Assembly (NCBI GenBank): GCA_965113315.1
Contig: OZ220368.1
Origin: Podarcis vaucheri
Lineage: Eukaryota
Length of the DNA: 64,000 nt
Reading direction: 5' to 3' (one strand)
The position numbers and the translations under genes were made by a program. The notes under the pieces were generated by a model. The model made no database searches. It was not told the origin of the DNA and worked only from the letters and a program-made list of their open reading frames with translations. Below, one piece after another: positions 48,901-56,760 of the stretch. Positions within the stretch are counted from its first letter, which is position 1; each line of letters begins with the position of its first letter.

Positions 48901-48904
48901 CCAG
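19243..48904 (-). CDS. NAV1: Neuron navigator 1, partial gene (27 coding exons, approx. exons 4-30 by human numbering; 5' exons outside the window)
   Basis: Manually spliced exons form a continuous frame from WDESSSISSGLSDASDNLSSEEF to MAMLLKLQEAANYIESPDRETLDPNVQSTL*, recognised as NAV1. All introns are GT-AG with matching phases. Confidence 0.97.
19572..19690 (-). mobile_element. Squam3-like SINE fragment
   Basis: tccatttagctcagtactatctaca...gggaccttctg...ctactgctgag. Confidence 0.5.
20400..20660 (-). mobile_element. Degenerate L2-type 3' fragment
   Basis: tttgcctggcaccaaaa...ggtgcctggcaagcctccctgg pattern shared with 63290-63660. Confidence 0.45.
20776..21218 (+). mobile_element. Possible old solo LTR
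   Basis: TGTTGG...CCAACA termini, AGTAAA near the 3' end, imperfect 5-bp flanks cagtc/tagcc. Confidence 0.35.
22582..22779 (-). CDS. NAV1: NAV1 exon (198 nt) VHGQKAAWEDP...SDPL
   Basis: ttgcag|GTG ... TTG|gtatgt. Confidence 0.95.
23041..23159 (-). CDS. NAV1: NAV1 exon (119 nt) GPCFFLSCP...DGIK
   Basis: taccag|GT CCC ... AAG|gtacat. Confidence 0.95.
24048..24244 (-). CDS. NAV1: NAV1 exon (197 nt) MLTFSNNVEPANGFL...DFLI
   Basis: ctacag|G ATG ... ATT G|gtaagt. Confidence 0.96.
24409..24480 (-). CDS. NAV1: NAV1 exon (72 nt) PYIIGTTNQPVKMTPNHGLHLSF
   Basis: caccag|C CCC ... TTC AG|gtaagg. Confidence 0.95.
25617..26346. mobile_element. Degenerate hAT-like DNA transposon
   Basis: aggggtggagaag ... 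aggttagtcacccctg TIR-like ends. Confidence 0.4.
26418..26569 (-). CDS. NAV1: NAV1 exon (152 nt) DLQLYLSN...VILLDD (Walker B)...KYHK
   Basis: taccag|GAC ... AAA TG|gtgaga. Confidence 0.95.
27218..27453 (-). CDS. NAV1: NAV1 exon (236 nt), AAA+ Walker A GPSGTGKT
   Basis: acacag|GT TTG ... AAG|gtgtga; matches ORF 27212..27451. Confidence 0.96.
27950..28490 (-). mobile_element. Degenerate CR1 LINE 3' fragment
   Basis: gggacctaagaggtcat...ttcaacccc; gtggtgcccagaactggacag; similar to the 4955-5772 element. Confidence 0.7.
28534..28669. mobile_element. Degenerate palindromic hAT MITE (related copies at about 6119-6259, 31759-31890, 35720-35820, 53433-53569)
   Basis: ggggaacc...ccagatgtt...actacaactcccatca...gatgggagctgtagttc core. 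Confidence 0.7.
28866..29025 (-). CDS. NAV1: NAV1 exon (160 nt) DYVSKMDPAL...VTLK
   Basis: ctcag|GAC ... AAA G|gtaccg. Confidence 0.94.
29525..29620 (-). CDS. NAV1: NAV1 exon (96 nt) DLKQQEFYLG...QVFK
   Basis: ttccag|GAC ... AAG|gtgaga. Confidence 0.94.
29769..29866 (-). CDS. NAV1: NAV1 exon (98 nt) ELSPMDG...QHIIKG
   Basis: ctctag|AG CTT ... GGG|gtaagc. Confidence 0.94.
30290..30545 (-). mobile_element. L1/Tx1-like 3' fragment
   Basis: tttttattga...gacttccccc...catttctgg pattern, A-rich end on the minus strand. Confidence 0.45.
30800..30974 (-). CDS. NAV1: NAV1 exon (175 nt) LEVDLLKAENDRLK...LTDT
   Basis: ctgtag|CTG ... ACA G|gtatga. Confidence 0.94.
31345..31712 (-). mobile_element. Sauria (Squam1) SINE, young full-length copy
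   Basis: gggacgcgggtggcgctg head, (ACCTTT)n tail, 14-bp TSD aatgtcaggaaata at 31331-31344 and 31713-31726, CpGs intact. Confidence 0.93.
32104..32266 (-). CDS. NAV1: NAV1 exon (163 nt) LFQANEEEEPEKKE...MHNMQ
   Basis: gcacag|G TTG ... CAG|gtgggc. Confidence 0.92.
32664..32860 (-). CDS. NAV1: NAV1 exon (197 nt) LRSSFNKAFS...GIDNTE
   Basis: ttcag|TTG ... ACT GA|gtaagt. Confidence 0.95.
35604..35690. repeat. Short imperfect-palindrome interspersed repeat (related copies near 3430, 5860, 10440, 11860, 26985, 44085)
   Basis: Recurrent cacttacctgggagtaag..ccactga..tcagtg.g.cttacttctgag core. Confidence 0.55.
36639..36647 (-). CDS. NAV1: NAV1 microexon (9 nt) VYE
   Basis: ttttttccag|GTG TAT GAG|gtaagc; phase 0 to 0; matches the VYE insertion I recall from mammalian NAV1 between KKSW and LRSSF. 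Confidence 0.88.
37686..37807 (-). CDS. NAV1: NAV1 exon (122 nt) ELRIKRQNSS...AKKKKKKSW
   Basis: ccag|AG CTG ... TGG|gtaggt. Confidence 0.95.
38798..38909 (-). CDS. NAV1: NAV1 exon (112 nt) DTELVDLRETIDFL...TPK
   Basis: ttctag|GAC ... AAA G|gtgagc. Confidence 0.95.
39084..39167 (-). CDS. NAV1: NAV1 exon (84 nt) ANLVAAFEQSL...AEEK
   Basis: ttccag|GCA ... AAG|gtgagt. Confidence 0.95.
40058..40071 (+). promoter_or_regulatory. Candidate CTCF site
   Basis: CCACTAGAGGGTGC, one mismatch to the core. Confidence 0.3.
40221..40353 (-). mobile_element. tRNA-derived SINE with CR1-type tail
   Basis: Reverse complement reads tagctcagtgggttggagcatggtgctgataa...ggggttggactagatgatcc. Confidence 0.65.
40808..40885 (-). 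CDS. NAV1: NAV1 exon (78 nt) QIRKLRRELESSQEKVATLTSQLSAN, coiled coil
   Basis: tgtag|CAA ... AAC|gtgagt. Confidence 0.95.
41010..41033 (-). CDS. NAV1: NAV1 microexon (24 nt) AEERMQSE
   Basis: tgctgccag|GCT GAG GAG AGG ATG CAG TCT GAG|gtacag; phase 0 to 0. Confidence 0.9.
41405..41457 (-). CDS. NAV1: NAV1 exon (53 nt) VHGSVLSLASSASSTYSS
   Basis: ttgcag|TT CAC ... TCA|gtaagc. Confidence 0.94.
41920..42230 (+). mobile_element. L2-type LINE 3' end with (TTA)n tail
   Basis: ccgcagggcctgcaagacagagctgttccaccgggcctttgg...ggagggcgggatataaataaaatttattatt. Confidence 0.7.
42650..42820 (-). CDS. NAV1: NAV1 symmetric exon (171 nt) VTPTAANTPRITRSNSIP...PVDD
   Basis: tgcag|TG ACC ... GAT G|gtgaga; phase 1 to 1, so skippable in frame. 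Confidence 0.94.
42929..42980. repeat. (GA)26 microsatellite
   Basis: Seen directly. Confidence 0.95.
43239..43387 (-). CDS. NAV1: NAV1 exon (149 nt) YQIQSQEEAKERRHSH...PLTNI
   Basis: ggcag|G TAT ... ATT G|gttagt. Confidence 0.93.
43709..44071 (-). mobile_element. Sauria (Squam1) SINE, young full-length copy
   Basis: 6 substitutions versus the 31345 copy; 14-bp TSD tagtttaggattaa at 43695-43708 and 44072-44085. Confidence 0.93.
45074..45115 (-). CDS. NAV1: NAV1 exon (42 nt) SNRDRNTLPKKGL
   Basis: tgcag|C TCT AAC ... CTA AG|gtaatc; not in the ORF track. Confidence 0.93.
45528..45983 (-). CDS. NAV1: NAV1 exon (456 nt) SAAKSYVK...RITHLD
   Basis: ttcag|G TCA ... GAC AG|gtagaa; matches ORF 45524..46000. 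Confidence 0.95.
46598..46760 (-). mobile_element. 5'-truncated L1/Tx1-like insertion
   Basis: 9-bp TSD acaattctt (46589-46597, 46761-46769), AATAAA plus A-rich end on the minus strand, gacttccc motif shared with 30290-30540. Confidence 0.6.
46775..47465 (-). CDS. NAV1: NAV1 exon (691 nt) GKPEAK...ELPPTPLR, contains SxIP motif (SSIP)
   Basis: tgcag|GT AAA ... CTC AG|gtaag; matches ORF 46771..47424. Confidence 0.96.
47866..48163 (-). CDS. NAV1: NAV1 exon (298 nt) LRTDSEKR...TLKVA
   Basis: ttacag|CTG CGC ... GCA G|gtgagg. Confidence 0.95.
48234..48449 (-). mobile_element. Squam3-like SINE
   Basis: tRNA-like head plus ...ccagatggag...ctggtttgaggcagcttcctatgt tail. Confidence 0.65.
48766..48904 (-). 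CDS. NAV1: NAV1 exon (139 nt) WDESSSISSG...RRNSAIA
   Basis: tttcag|C TGG GAT ... ATA GCG|gtaggt; phase 2 to 0. Confidence 0.95.
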
Positions 48905-49152
48905 CTGAAACACACAGGAGGCAACAATGGTTAATAATAGTCCATAAAAAGTATAAAATCCAATTAAATATCCACACAGCAGCAGTCAAATCTTAGGCAA
49001 TATTGCCAGTTCAAAGAAGATGCTTTGTTTGTTTATTTAAATATTTATACATCACACTTTAATAAAAATACAAGAAGACAGTATTGATGACTACCCGAGA
49101 GTGCATACTTTGATACACAATTTGTCACAGATTTATTGCTCCCTAGCACCTT

Positions 49153-49515
49153 GGGACGCGGGTGGCGCTGTGGGTTAAAGCCTCAGCGCCTAGGGCTTGC
49201 CGATCGAAAGGTCGGCGGTTCGAATCCCCGCGGCGGGGTGCGCTCCCGCTGCTCGGTCCCAGCGCCTGCCAACCTAGCAGTTCGAAAGCACCCCGGGGGC
49301 AAGTAGATAAATAGGTACCGCTTACCAGCGGGAAGGTAAACGGCGTTCCGTGTGCGGCTCTGGCTCGCCAGAGCAGCGTTGTCACGCTGGCCACGTGACC
49401 CGGAAGTGTCTTCGGACAGCGCTGGCCCCCGGCCAATAGATGTGAGATGGGCGCACAAACCCCAGAGTCTGTCAAGACTGGCCCGTTCGGGCAGGGGTAC
49501 CTTTACCTTTACCTT
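49153..49515 (+). mobile_element. Sauria (Squam1) SINE, young full-length copy (antisense to NAV1)
   Basis: About 8 differences versus the 43709 copy; TSD tagcacc at 49144-49150 and 49516-49522. Confidence 0.93.
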
Positions 49516-51461
49516 TAGCACCCTAATAATCCTTTCTTACAACCAAGTTGGTCAAAGTGTGGTTAAAGGATGGGTTTTTGCCATATTTCCAGTGCATACT
49601 TATAAGTGAAGCAAGGATCTTTTAATTTCCACATCCCTCCCCCCCACCCCAGCTACTGTGTGTGAGAGAGCGAGAGCGAGAGAGAGCGCATGCGCATGTG
49701 TAGTACAGTCCTAGCAGTTTTAGCTGCTAGGACTAGGCTTGCTTGAGAACAAAAGCTCAGGATAGTTTACTCTTGTCATGTGGATTGTCACTTCAGAATA
49801 CTATATTCATATACATTAACATACATTGTAAAAACCAATCCAAAAATCAGTGTGTATTTTGCAAAGTGCTCAGATGCAGAAACTGAGGTGTTCAGCTCAG
49901 CTGCATCTTGGAACAAGATAGAGCTGGAAAAGAGTGTTGGTCATAAACAGTCGGACCTTGGGGCATCCCAGAAGGAGACTCGGGGTCAAAGTAAGAATGA
50001 GGAATGGTTGCCAACCCTCTCACATGGGACAGGGGTCCAGGAACACCATGAACAGGAAGAAGCTTCTTTCCTATGTGGAGGGTCTGTGAGGAGCAGGTGC
50101 ATGGGGGAAGGAGGAAGAACACTGTGTATTTTTTTATTTAAAAAAGTAAAATAAAATACTTCTTTCATGTCATCTGGCACTTTGCACTCAAGAATAGTGT
50201 AGACCATTTCAAATAATGATAGAACCATATCTGATAGGCAGTTCCAGTGTCTAAGAATTTCCTTAGGGGGATCCTTTGTACAAAGGTGCCGTAAGCAACA
50301 ATGGTTGCCAAGCAAGGAACCTTATTTAGCATGGCAATTTGGAAGAAATCAAACTATCTGATCACTACAGAAGACTTTGCAGCCCTACTAATCAGTTCTA
50401 CGTGAACAATTGTCACAAATTTCATAAAATAATCCAGTTTTCCTGCTTTATTCCAGCCTTGCTGCTAGCACGTAGTTGGATGAGCAGCTTGCCAGACAAA
50501 CCGTGTAAGCCACCCAGTAAATATAAGTGAGCAGGACTTGTACAAATTTGTTGCAAGCTACTAAATGTTTTGCACATATAGTTGCTTCACTTTGAACCCA
50601 GTAGCTGAAGCTTTCTAGAAGATGGAGATTATTTTTATTTTTAGCAAGGAGTAATCTGGTAGAAATTGAAAGGTGGGGTTAAGTGACAGACAGTAACAGA
50701 ACCAGAATGTGCTATAACTGGAACCATTGGCAGAGAGAAGCAGCCACATAGGGAACAAAAGTTCAGTGCCTTCACCAACATGGAACATTTTTGTAGATCT
50801 TGCTTGGATGCATTCTAACACATGACAATCATGAGGACTAGAACACTGTTTATAATGAAAGTATTTTTGAGAATACTTGCCACATATGAGATTTTGCATC
50901 AGATGCAGAAACCCCAAAATGTGAATAGTCCAGGTTATCTACTAAGTGACCCCTAGTCTGTTGTCAGTCCTCTTATAAATGCCCAAATGAGCTCTCATTA
51001 ACACAGGATCTGTGTTAGCTGCAGCTAATTCAGCAGCCAGCGGGAAAGGGTCTAGTTAAAAATGTCCAAAATGCCTTCCTTTGTACTGCAGAGGGTGCTA
51101 TTGAGAGTAGAACAGCATCTCAGCCTGCGTATATTGCACCTGATTACTTTACACGTCTAGCACCAGCCAAGGAACTAGGAAAAAGAGAGAGCAAAGTCTT
51201 TCCCCAAGATAGGTGTTGAAGCAGGAGACTGGCAGATGCTAATCCAGGCATTACCGAATGTCTACATTGTGACATTTATTGTGAGCTGCTGCCAATGTCA
51301 GCCAACAGCCAGGCTGTAAAGTGCACCACAGGGAGATCATTTAAGAAAGCAGAAGAGATTGGCTTAGTTTTGAATGGCACAGTTACTATCAGTCCTTAGC
51401 ACCTGATGGTATGGAGAATTTCTAGAGAGAAGGTGGGCTTGTTGTTCTTTTTGTTACTGGC

Positions 51462-51600
51462 TCTGAGATGGCTCAGTTGGTAGAGCATGAGACTCTTAAT
51501 CTCCGGGTCATAGGTTTGAGCCCCACGTTGGGCAAAATACTTGCTGGAGGTTGGACTAGATGGTCCTCATGGTCCCAATGCTGTAATTCTATGTTATGTA
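51462..51600 (+). mobile_element. tRNA-Lys(CTT)-derived SINE with CR1-type 3' tail (Squam2-like)
   Basis: gctcagttggtagagcatgagactcttaatctc...gagccccacgttgggc followed by gttggactagatg...ttctatg tail. Confidence 0.75.
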
Positions 51601-53572
51601 TTTTTCTGTTTTTATTTTGTAACCCACCCTGTGATCATTGGATGAAAGACAGCAGAGAAAAGAAAAGAAAAGAAAGATCTGAGAACCCAAGAGTGTTTGT
51701 GGAATGTCTGGATGTTAAGGCAAGAGAGTGTGAGCCAGAACCGAGTGAGCGCTGTTATCTCCTCACCCTTGCCCCTCCATCTTAGCTCTGCTGAGCTTGC
51801 CCAAATAGAGCAGCCTTCATTCTCCAGGCAAGGGGGCAGGATTTCCACCCTTCATGGCACCAGCCCCAGCCTGCATCATTCCCTTGCTCGCTTCAGCCTC
51901 ATACATCAAGCCCCCGATGCGGGCTGCTCACATTCACCTATTTCATGACTTGATTTACCCAGAACAATCAAACAATAGTCACTCACTGGAAGAGGCCAAG
52001 GGACATAAGGCAGATTCCAAGGACCAGAACTGGACAGGGGCACTGAACTCTTTTATGAAATCCAGCGCTGGGCAAGAAAGCAGCTCCAAGGACAACAAGA
52101 GGAGGGTGCAAAGAAGGCGCTTGGGAGGCCACTCATCCAAAAAGCATCTCTCATATGCCTTAACGCCATCCACAGATCCTTGGTAGCAGCTGCAGCAGGT
52201 TGTACTCACCCAGCAACATACCATCTTTAAGTACTCAACCATTAAACAGATGGTTTGTGCTGGGCCGGGGTTGGAGGAGAGGAGAGTATTTATAGAACTG
52301 TGGGGAAGGGGGAGAGTTTAAAATGTTTGAGAAACACCTGGTCTGGAACAGACAGAAGGAAAGGAGCAGCAGCCAAAATAGCCAAACCTCAAGCTGATGC
52401 TCAGAAAGTGAGGGGCTGGATAAGTTGGTTGGTTGTAGTCTTGTGTTGTACATTTTAAAACTATCTATCCATCTATTTAGCAGTTATTTCTACTCAGTTA
52501 TTTCTATTCAGCAGTTATTTATCATTACTGAATCTAAATAACGGGGAAAGGCATGCCTGCTACCTGTAACAAGCCTTTGTTGCTGCTGTGCTTCAAAGCT
52601 TAAAATCATGAACATAGCCTGTCAAAATGTGGGTGGCAACAAAAGCTATGTGGATGATGTAGCTAAGTGAGCCACGTTTCCTTGGTCTCCATTCGCCAAC
52701 ATTTGTCACCCAAGGTTTCCATGAAGAGTCCCAGGCAAGTTCAGTCTGAATGAGAGCAAACCCTCCTTTCTCGGCAACAGCTGCCCGCTCTTGCAGATCC
52801 CAGTCCCTCTCACGTTTGTTTCCAAGAATGAAAGCAGAATGAACACAGGAGCAACTGGGGAGCTGTTTGCAGAGATTTTGCAACAGCACCACAACGCCTT
52901 CCAGAAACGTGGGTGGGCAAAGGGGCAAGCTAAGAGAAAGCCATCTGCCTCCCACCCAGCTCCTTAACGTGACACTTCCAGCCTGCACAGAAACAGAGGG
53001 TGGAATATTCTAACAGACCAAGCATTTCAACTTGTCAGATGAAACGTTCCCTCCGCTCCTTACCCCATGCAATGTTCTGGGGCTCTCCTGACTCTCTCAG
53101 AGCCAATTTCCAGAGGAGGGGGGGAACCCCATTGAGCAGGGCTTCCATTGACAGAGCTCCTTAGGTGAATCCCACCCAGTGTCTTAATAATAAAGGCTTT
53201 GTTTCTCTCCAAAACTTCCTGTTGTTCTGCTATGTCTCTCCCCTGCTCCCAACACAGCTCTGCCTGTTGCTCTCCAGTCCTGTTTTTTTTCTTGTTCCAC
53301 TGCTCTTTTGGACCCCAATTCTCTTAACTAACACCCATTCCTCACCCCCCCCCCGCTCACTAGGAAATCACAATGGTGCGTAGAAGATGCAAAACAACAC
53401 ACACACACACGTTATTATTCACAGCCCATGACCAGGGTGGAGAACCTCAGGCCCCTCCAGATGTTGACTGTCTCCCGAGACAGACAGATGCCAACAACTC
53501 CCGTCAGCCCCAGTCAGCAAGGATGGGAGTTGTAAGAAAAAATTGGAGGGCTAAAAGTTCCCCACCCTGCCT

Positions 53573-53597
53573 GAGGAGGAGGAGGAGGAGGAGGAGG
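53573..53597. repeat. (GAG)n microsatellite
   Basis: Seen directly. Confidence 0.88.
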
Positions 53598-54161
53598 TAG
53601 AACCACTATCTCTAAAGAGGAGACTCAGCTCTTCATCTTTGCCTGTAGGAAATAAAACATCCATGCTGATCAACAATTACTTCACCCCTCTGCAAATGCT
53701 AGGTTGCCCACCCCCTATGGAACAAAATGACTCTTGTTGGCACACATACTGCAGCTTTGGGTTGTGGAGCAGGACTGAAGAGGGTGGATACAGCAGCGGA
53801 TCACATTTTACTTGCTCTCCAGGGCTCTTTAACACTCTGCAGCCAAACAAAGTCAGTATATTAACAAAGGCTCAGTACTCATGTCAAGGCCAAATTGTGA
53901 GCAACTAAACAAGAACATGGAGACATCTTGACTCTCTGAAACGCTACCAAAGTTCTGCCGTCACTGGATGCAAACTCATGAGGCAAAATCCTCTCCAAAA
54001 CAAAACAAAAAAAACATAACTCCCTCTGCTCCCCCACCCCATCGATCAGCATAATGACACAGTCTGACAGTTGTAAGACTCCTATGGGCTATTCTGCTTC
54101 TTCCCAAGTTTCAGTTTGGCTCCATGAAAAGTCCTAATAGGACCTAGCAAAGGCAAGGCTT

Positions 54162-54163
<2 letters not shown>

Positions 54164-54222
<59 letters not shown>

Positions 54223-54224
54223 AC
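54164..54224. repeat. Compound (CT)n(CA)n microsatellite
   Basis: Seen directly. Confidence 0.92.
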
Positions 54225-55223
54225 CTCTAAAAAAATTCCAGATTTATAGGTCATAGAATGATATTGGTAAATTAAGCTGTATATGCAGGGAGGATTAATA
54301 GAGGATGGTAAGTATTTATTGCTTTTGCAGCCTTCCCATTCACCAACTGCCATAACCCTTAAAGCATGCAAGGCCTTACTGTCGCAATTGCAGCCAAATA
54401 CATTTATATTTACTTTACAAAAAATGCAGCTTGGGTATCTACAAAAACAAAAACAAATACTTTGCTAGCAAGTTTAAATCTGAGCAAGAGCTCCTCAGGC
54501 TACTTCCTTCCTTCTCACTTATGTGGGTTAAGCCCCACCACTGAAACAATAAGAAAAGGAGCTTCCAGAGAAGGGTGCTGCTGCATAAATACATGTGTGT
54601 TTACGCTTGTGGTTTTCTTTGGGATAACCAGGAAGGGAGACCAGAGACAGCTAATGGCATCCTCCAGTCTCAGCAATGGAAGCAAATCTTGCTAGCAATG
54701 CCCCAGCAGGCCATGTGGAAAAGCTCATCTTTTCAGCTGTCAATCAAGCCATCTCAAGTGAAGAATGCTACTGGGTCACTGCATTACTCTGGTGCTTTAG
54801 GCTGGAGTGGCATCTGCCATTTTTCCCTAAGGTCCATCTTCCCAGCAATTGAGGGACCCAGAGGGCTTCCCAGAACAAACTGGAATGTAGCTCCTTCCAT
54901 CAGGATAAGCAAAGGCCCCTTTCAGGTCATTGCTTGAGTGGGTCAGTAGTAGCCCCTTAGGCCAATTTAACAAGACTAGACAAGGTCTGGGGTGGAGGAA
55001 CAACAAAGGGGACAAATGTCTGCTTTGTGAATGAAAAAGGGGAGACCAGGAGAGGGGAAGAATATATACCCCCCTCCACCAGTGTCAATTCCAGCTGTCA
55101 CAGGCCACAATGTATGCACTCCTCTGCGATGCTTTAGTCAACAAACAACTCATCAGTTGCTTGTTTCCAGAGATATCTGAGTGATGCAATGGGATGAAGG
55201 AATTCATACGCTCTCATTCATAT

Positions 55224-55708
55224 TGTTAGGTTTTCGGGGGGGGGGTAGGCTGTATTCCTGAGTCCCTTCCAATTCCTGGATCCAGCAGGGATTTAATTGC
55301 TGAATAAGCCAGGCAAGGGCCATAATGGCCCGCAAAGGATTGTTAAGGTAGCAAAGAAAGTGGCACTGTGCCAGAGAGCAATTGGGTGGGGCTCCCTCCT
55401 TCACTCATCAGTTAGAAAGACAAGGCCAGAGTTGAGGTGTGTGATCTAGAAGCTAGAGTCAGAGACATGCTTGATTTCTGCATGAGTCCAAGGCTGTGAC
55501 TATGGGAGAAGCAAGACCCTCTTAGGGTGTTAATGCTGTGAGCCCCTTAATTGTAGGCTCAAGTTGTATATTTGTGTAAATAAACCATATATCATAACGA
55601 CACCCCAGTCTCCACTGTCCCTCACTCCAAGGAAACCAAACCCTGGGTAAAATGCCTGGAACCCGTTGTGTCTTGCACCGGTTTCAGAGATTAGGGTTGT
55701 GTGCAACA
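55224..55708 (+). mobile_element. Solo LTR (485 bp)
   Basis: TGTT...AACA termini, perfect 4-bp TSD ATAT (55220-55223, 55709-55712), AATAAA at 55579-55584. Confidence 0.72.
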
Positions 55709-55906
55709 ATATCTAATCTAATCACATCTCACAAGAAGAGTGAAGGTGTGGAATGTGTGACATGCTTTAAACTGAGCGAATACACACAAGTGAGGAAAAT
55801 ATAAATGATCAAGAGCTGCTGATGGCTTGGAGATAACAGTCAAGGAAACATCAGTGGGTAGCAGCCCTGTTGCGATAATGGTTTTTACATTTCAGTAATG
55901 TCTGCA

Positions 55907-56283
55907 TGGACACGGGTGGCGCTGTGGTCTAAACCACTGAGCCCTGATCAAAAGGTCAGCTTGCTGATCAAAAGGTCAGCGGTTCAAATCCCCATGACGG
56001 GGGTGAGCTCCCGTTGTTCGGTCCCAGCTCCTGCCAACCTACCTAGCAGTTCGAAAGCACGTCAAAGTGCAAGTAGATAAATAGGTACTGCTCCGGCGGG
56101 AAGGTAAACAGCATTTCCATGTGCTGCTCTGGTTCGCCAGAAGCAGCTTAGTCATGCTGGCCACATGACCTGGAAGTTGTCTGCGGACAAACGCCAGCTC
56201 CCTCGGCCAGTAAAGCAAGATGAGTGCCGCAACCCCAGAGTTGTTTGTGACTGGACTTAACTGTCAGGGGCCCTTTACCTTTT
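55907..56283 (+). mobile_element. Sauria (Squam1) SINE, older subfamily
   Basis: Same architecture with CpG decay; 11-bp TSD taatgtctgca at 55896-55906 and 56284-56294. Confidence 0.88.
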
Positions 56284-56574
56284 TAATGTCTGCACAGAGT
56301 TACAATGCACAGAGGAGCCAGTGAATGGCATGCAGAGGAGCCAATGGCTGCTCACCAAAGTTCCGTAAAGCAAATGGAAAGTCTACAGAAAGCTGATAGG
56401 GTGGCACAGAAGAGTTATGAATTTGGTGTCCAGATGTTAAAACAAAGATGGAAATGATGTGTAAGGAAGAAGGAACAGAGATTTCATAGGATATGTTCTC
56501 TATTAGTTAGACAGATATCAGATTTTGTTCACCCCCACCGAGAGTTCATGGTCAGGAAAACTCAAAAATTCCCT

Positions 56575-56760
56575 TTTTATATCTATGGTGCATCTGTTTT
56601 TAGAATATTGTGTGCAGTTCTGGCCACCCTATCTCAAAAGATTATCAAACAGAAAAGGCTATCAGGGTAATGGAAAATCTTGCTTATGAAGAAATGTTTT
56701 TTATTTGGGAGGTGGAAGAAGACTATGCAACATGATACAGGTTTATGAAATATGACTAGT
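56575..56760 (+). mobile_element. Degenerate CR1 fragment
   Basis: gaatattgtgtgcagttctggccaccctatctcaaaa (EYCVQFW.P motif). Confidence 0.6.

Noticed and set aside
51462-51534. tRNA-Lys(CTT)-like gene
   Set aside because: Acceptor stem and T-loop are mutated and it continues into a CR1-type tail, so it is a SINE head
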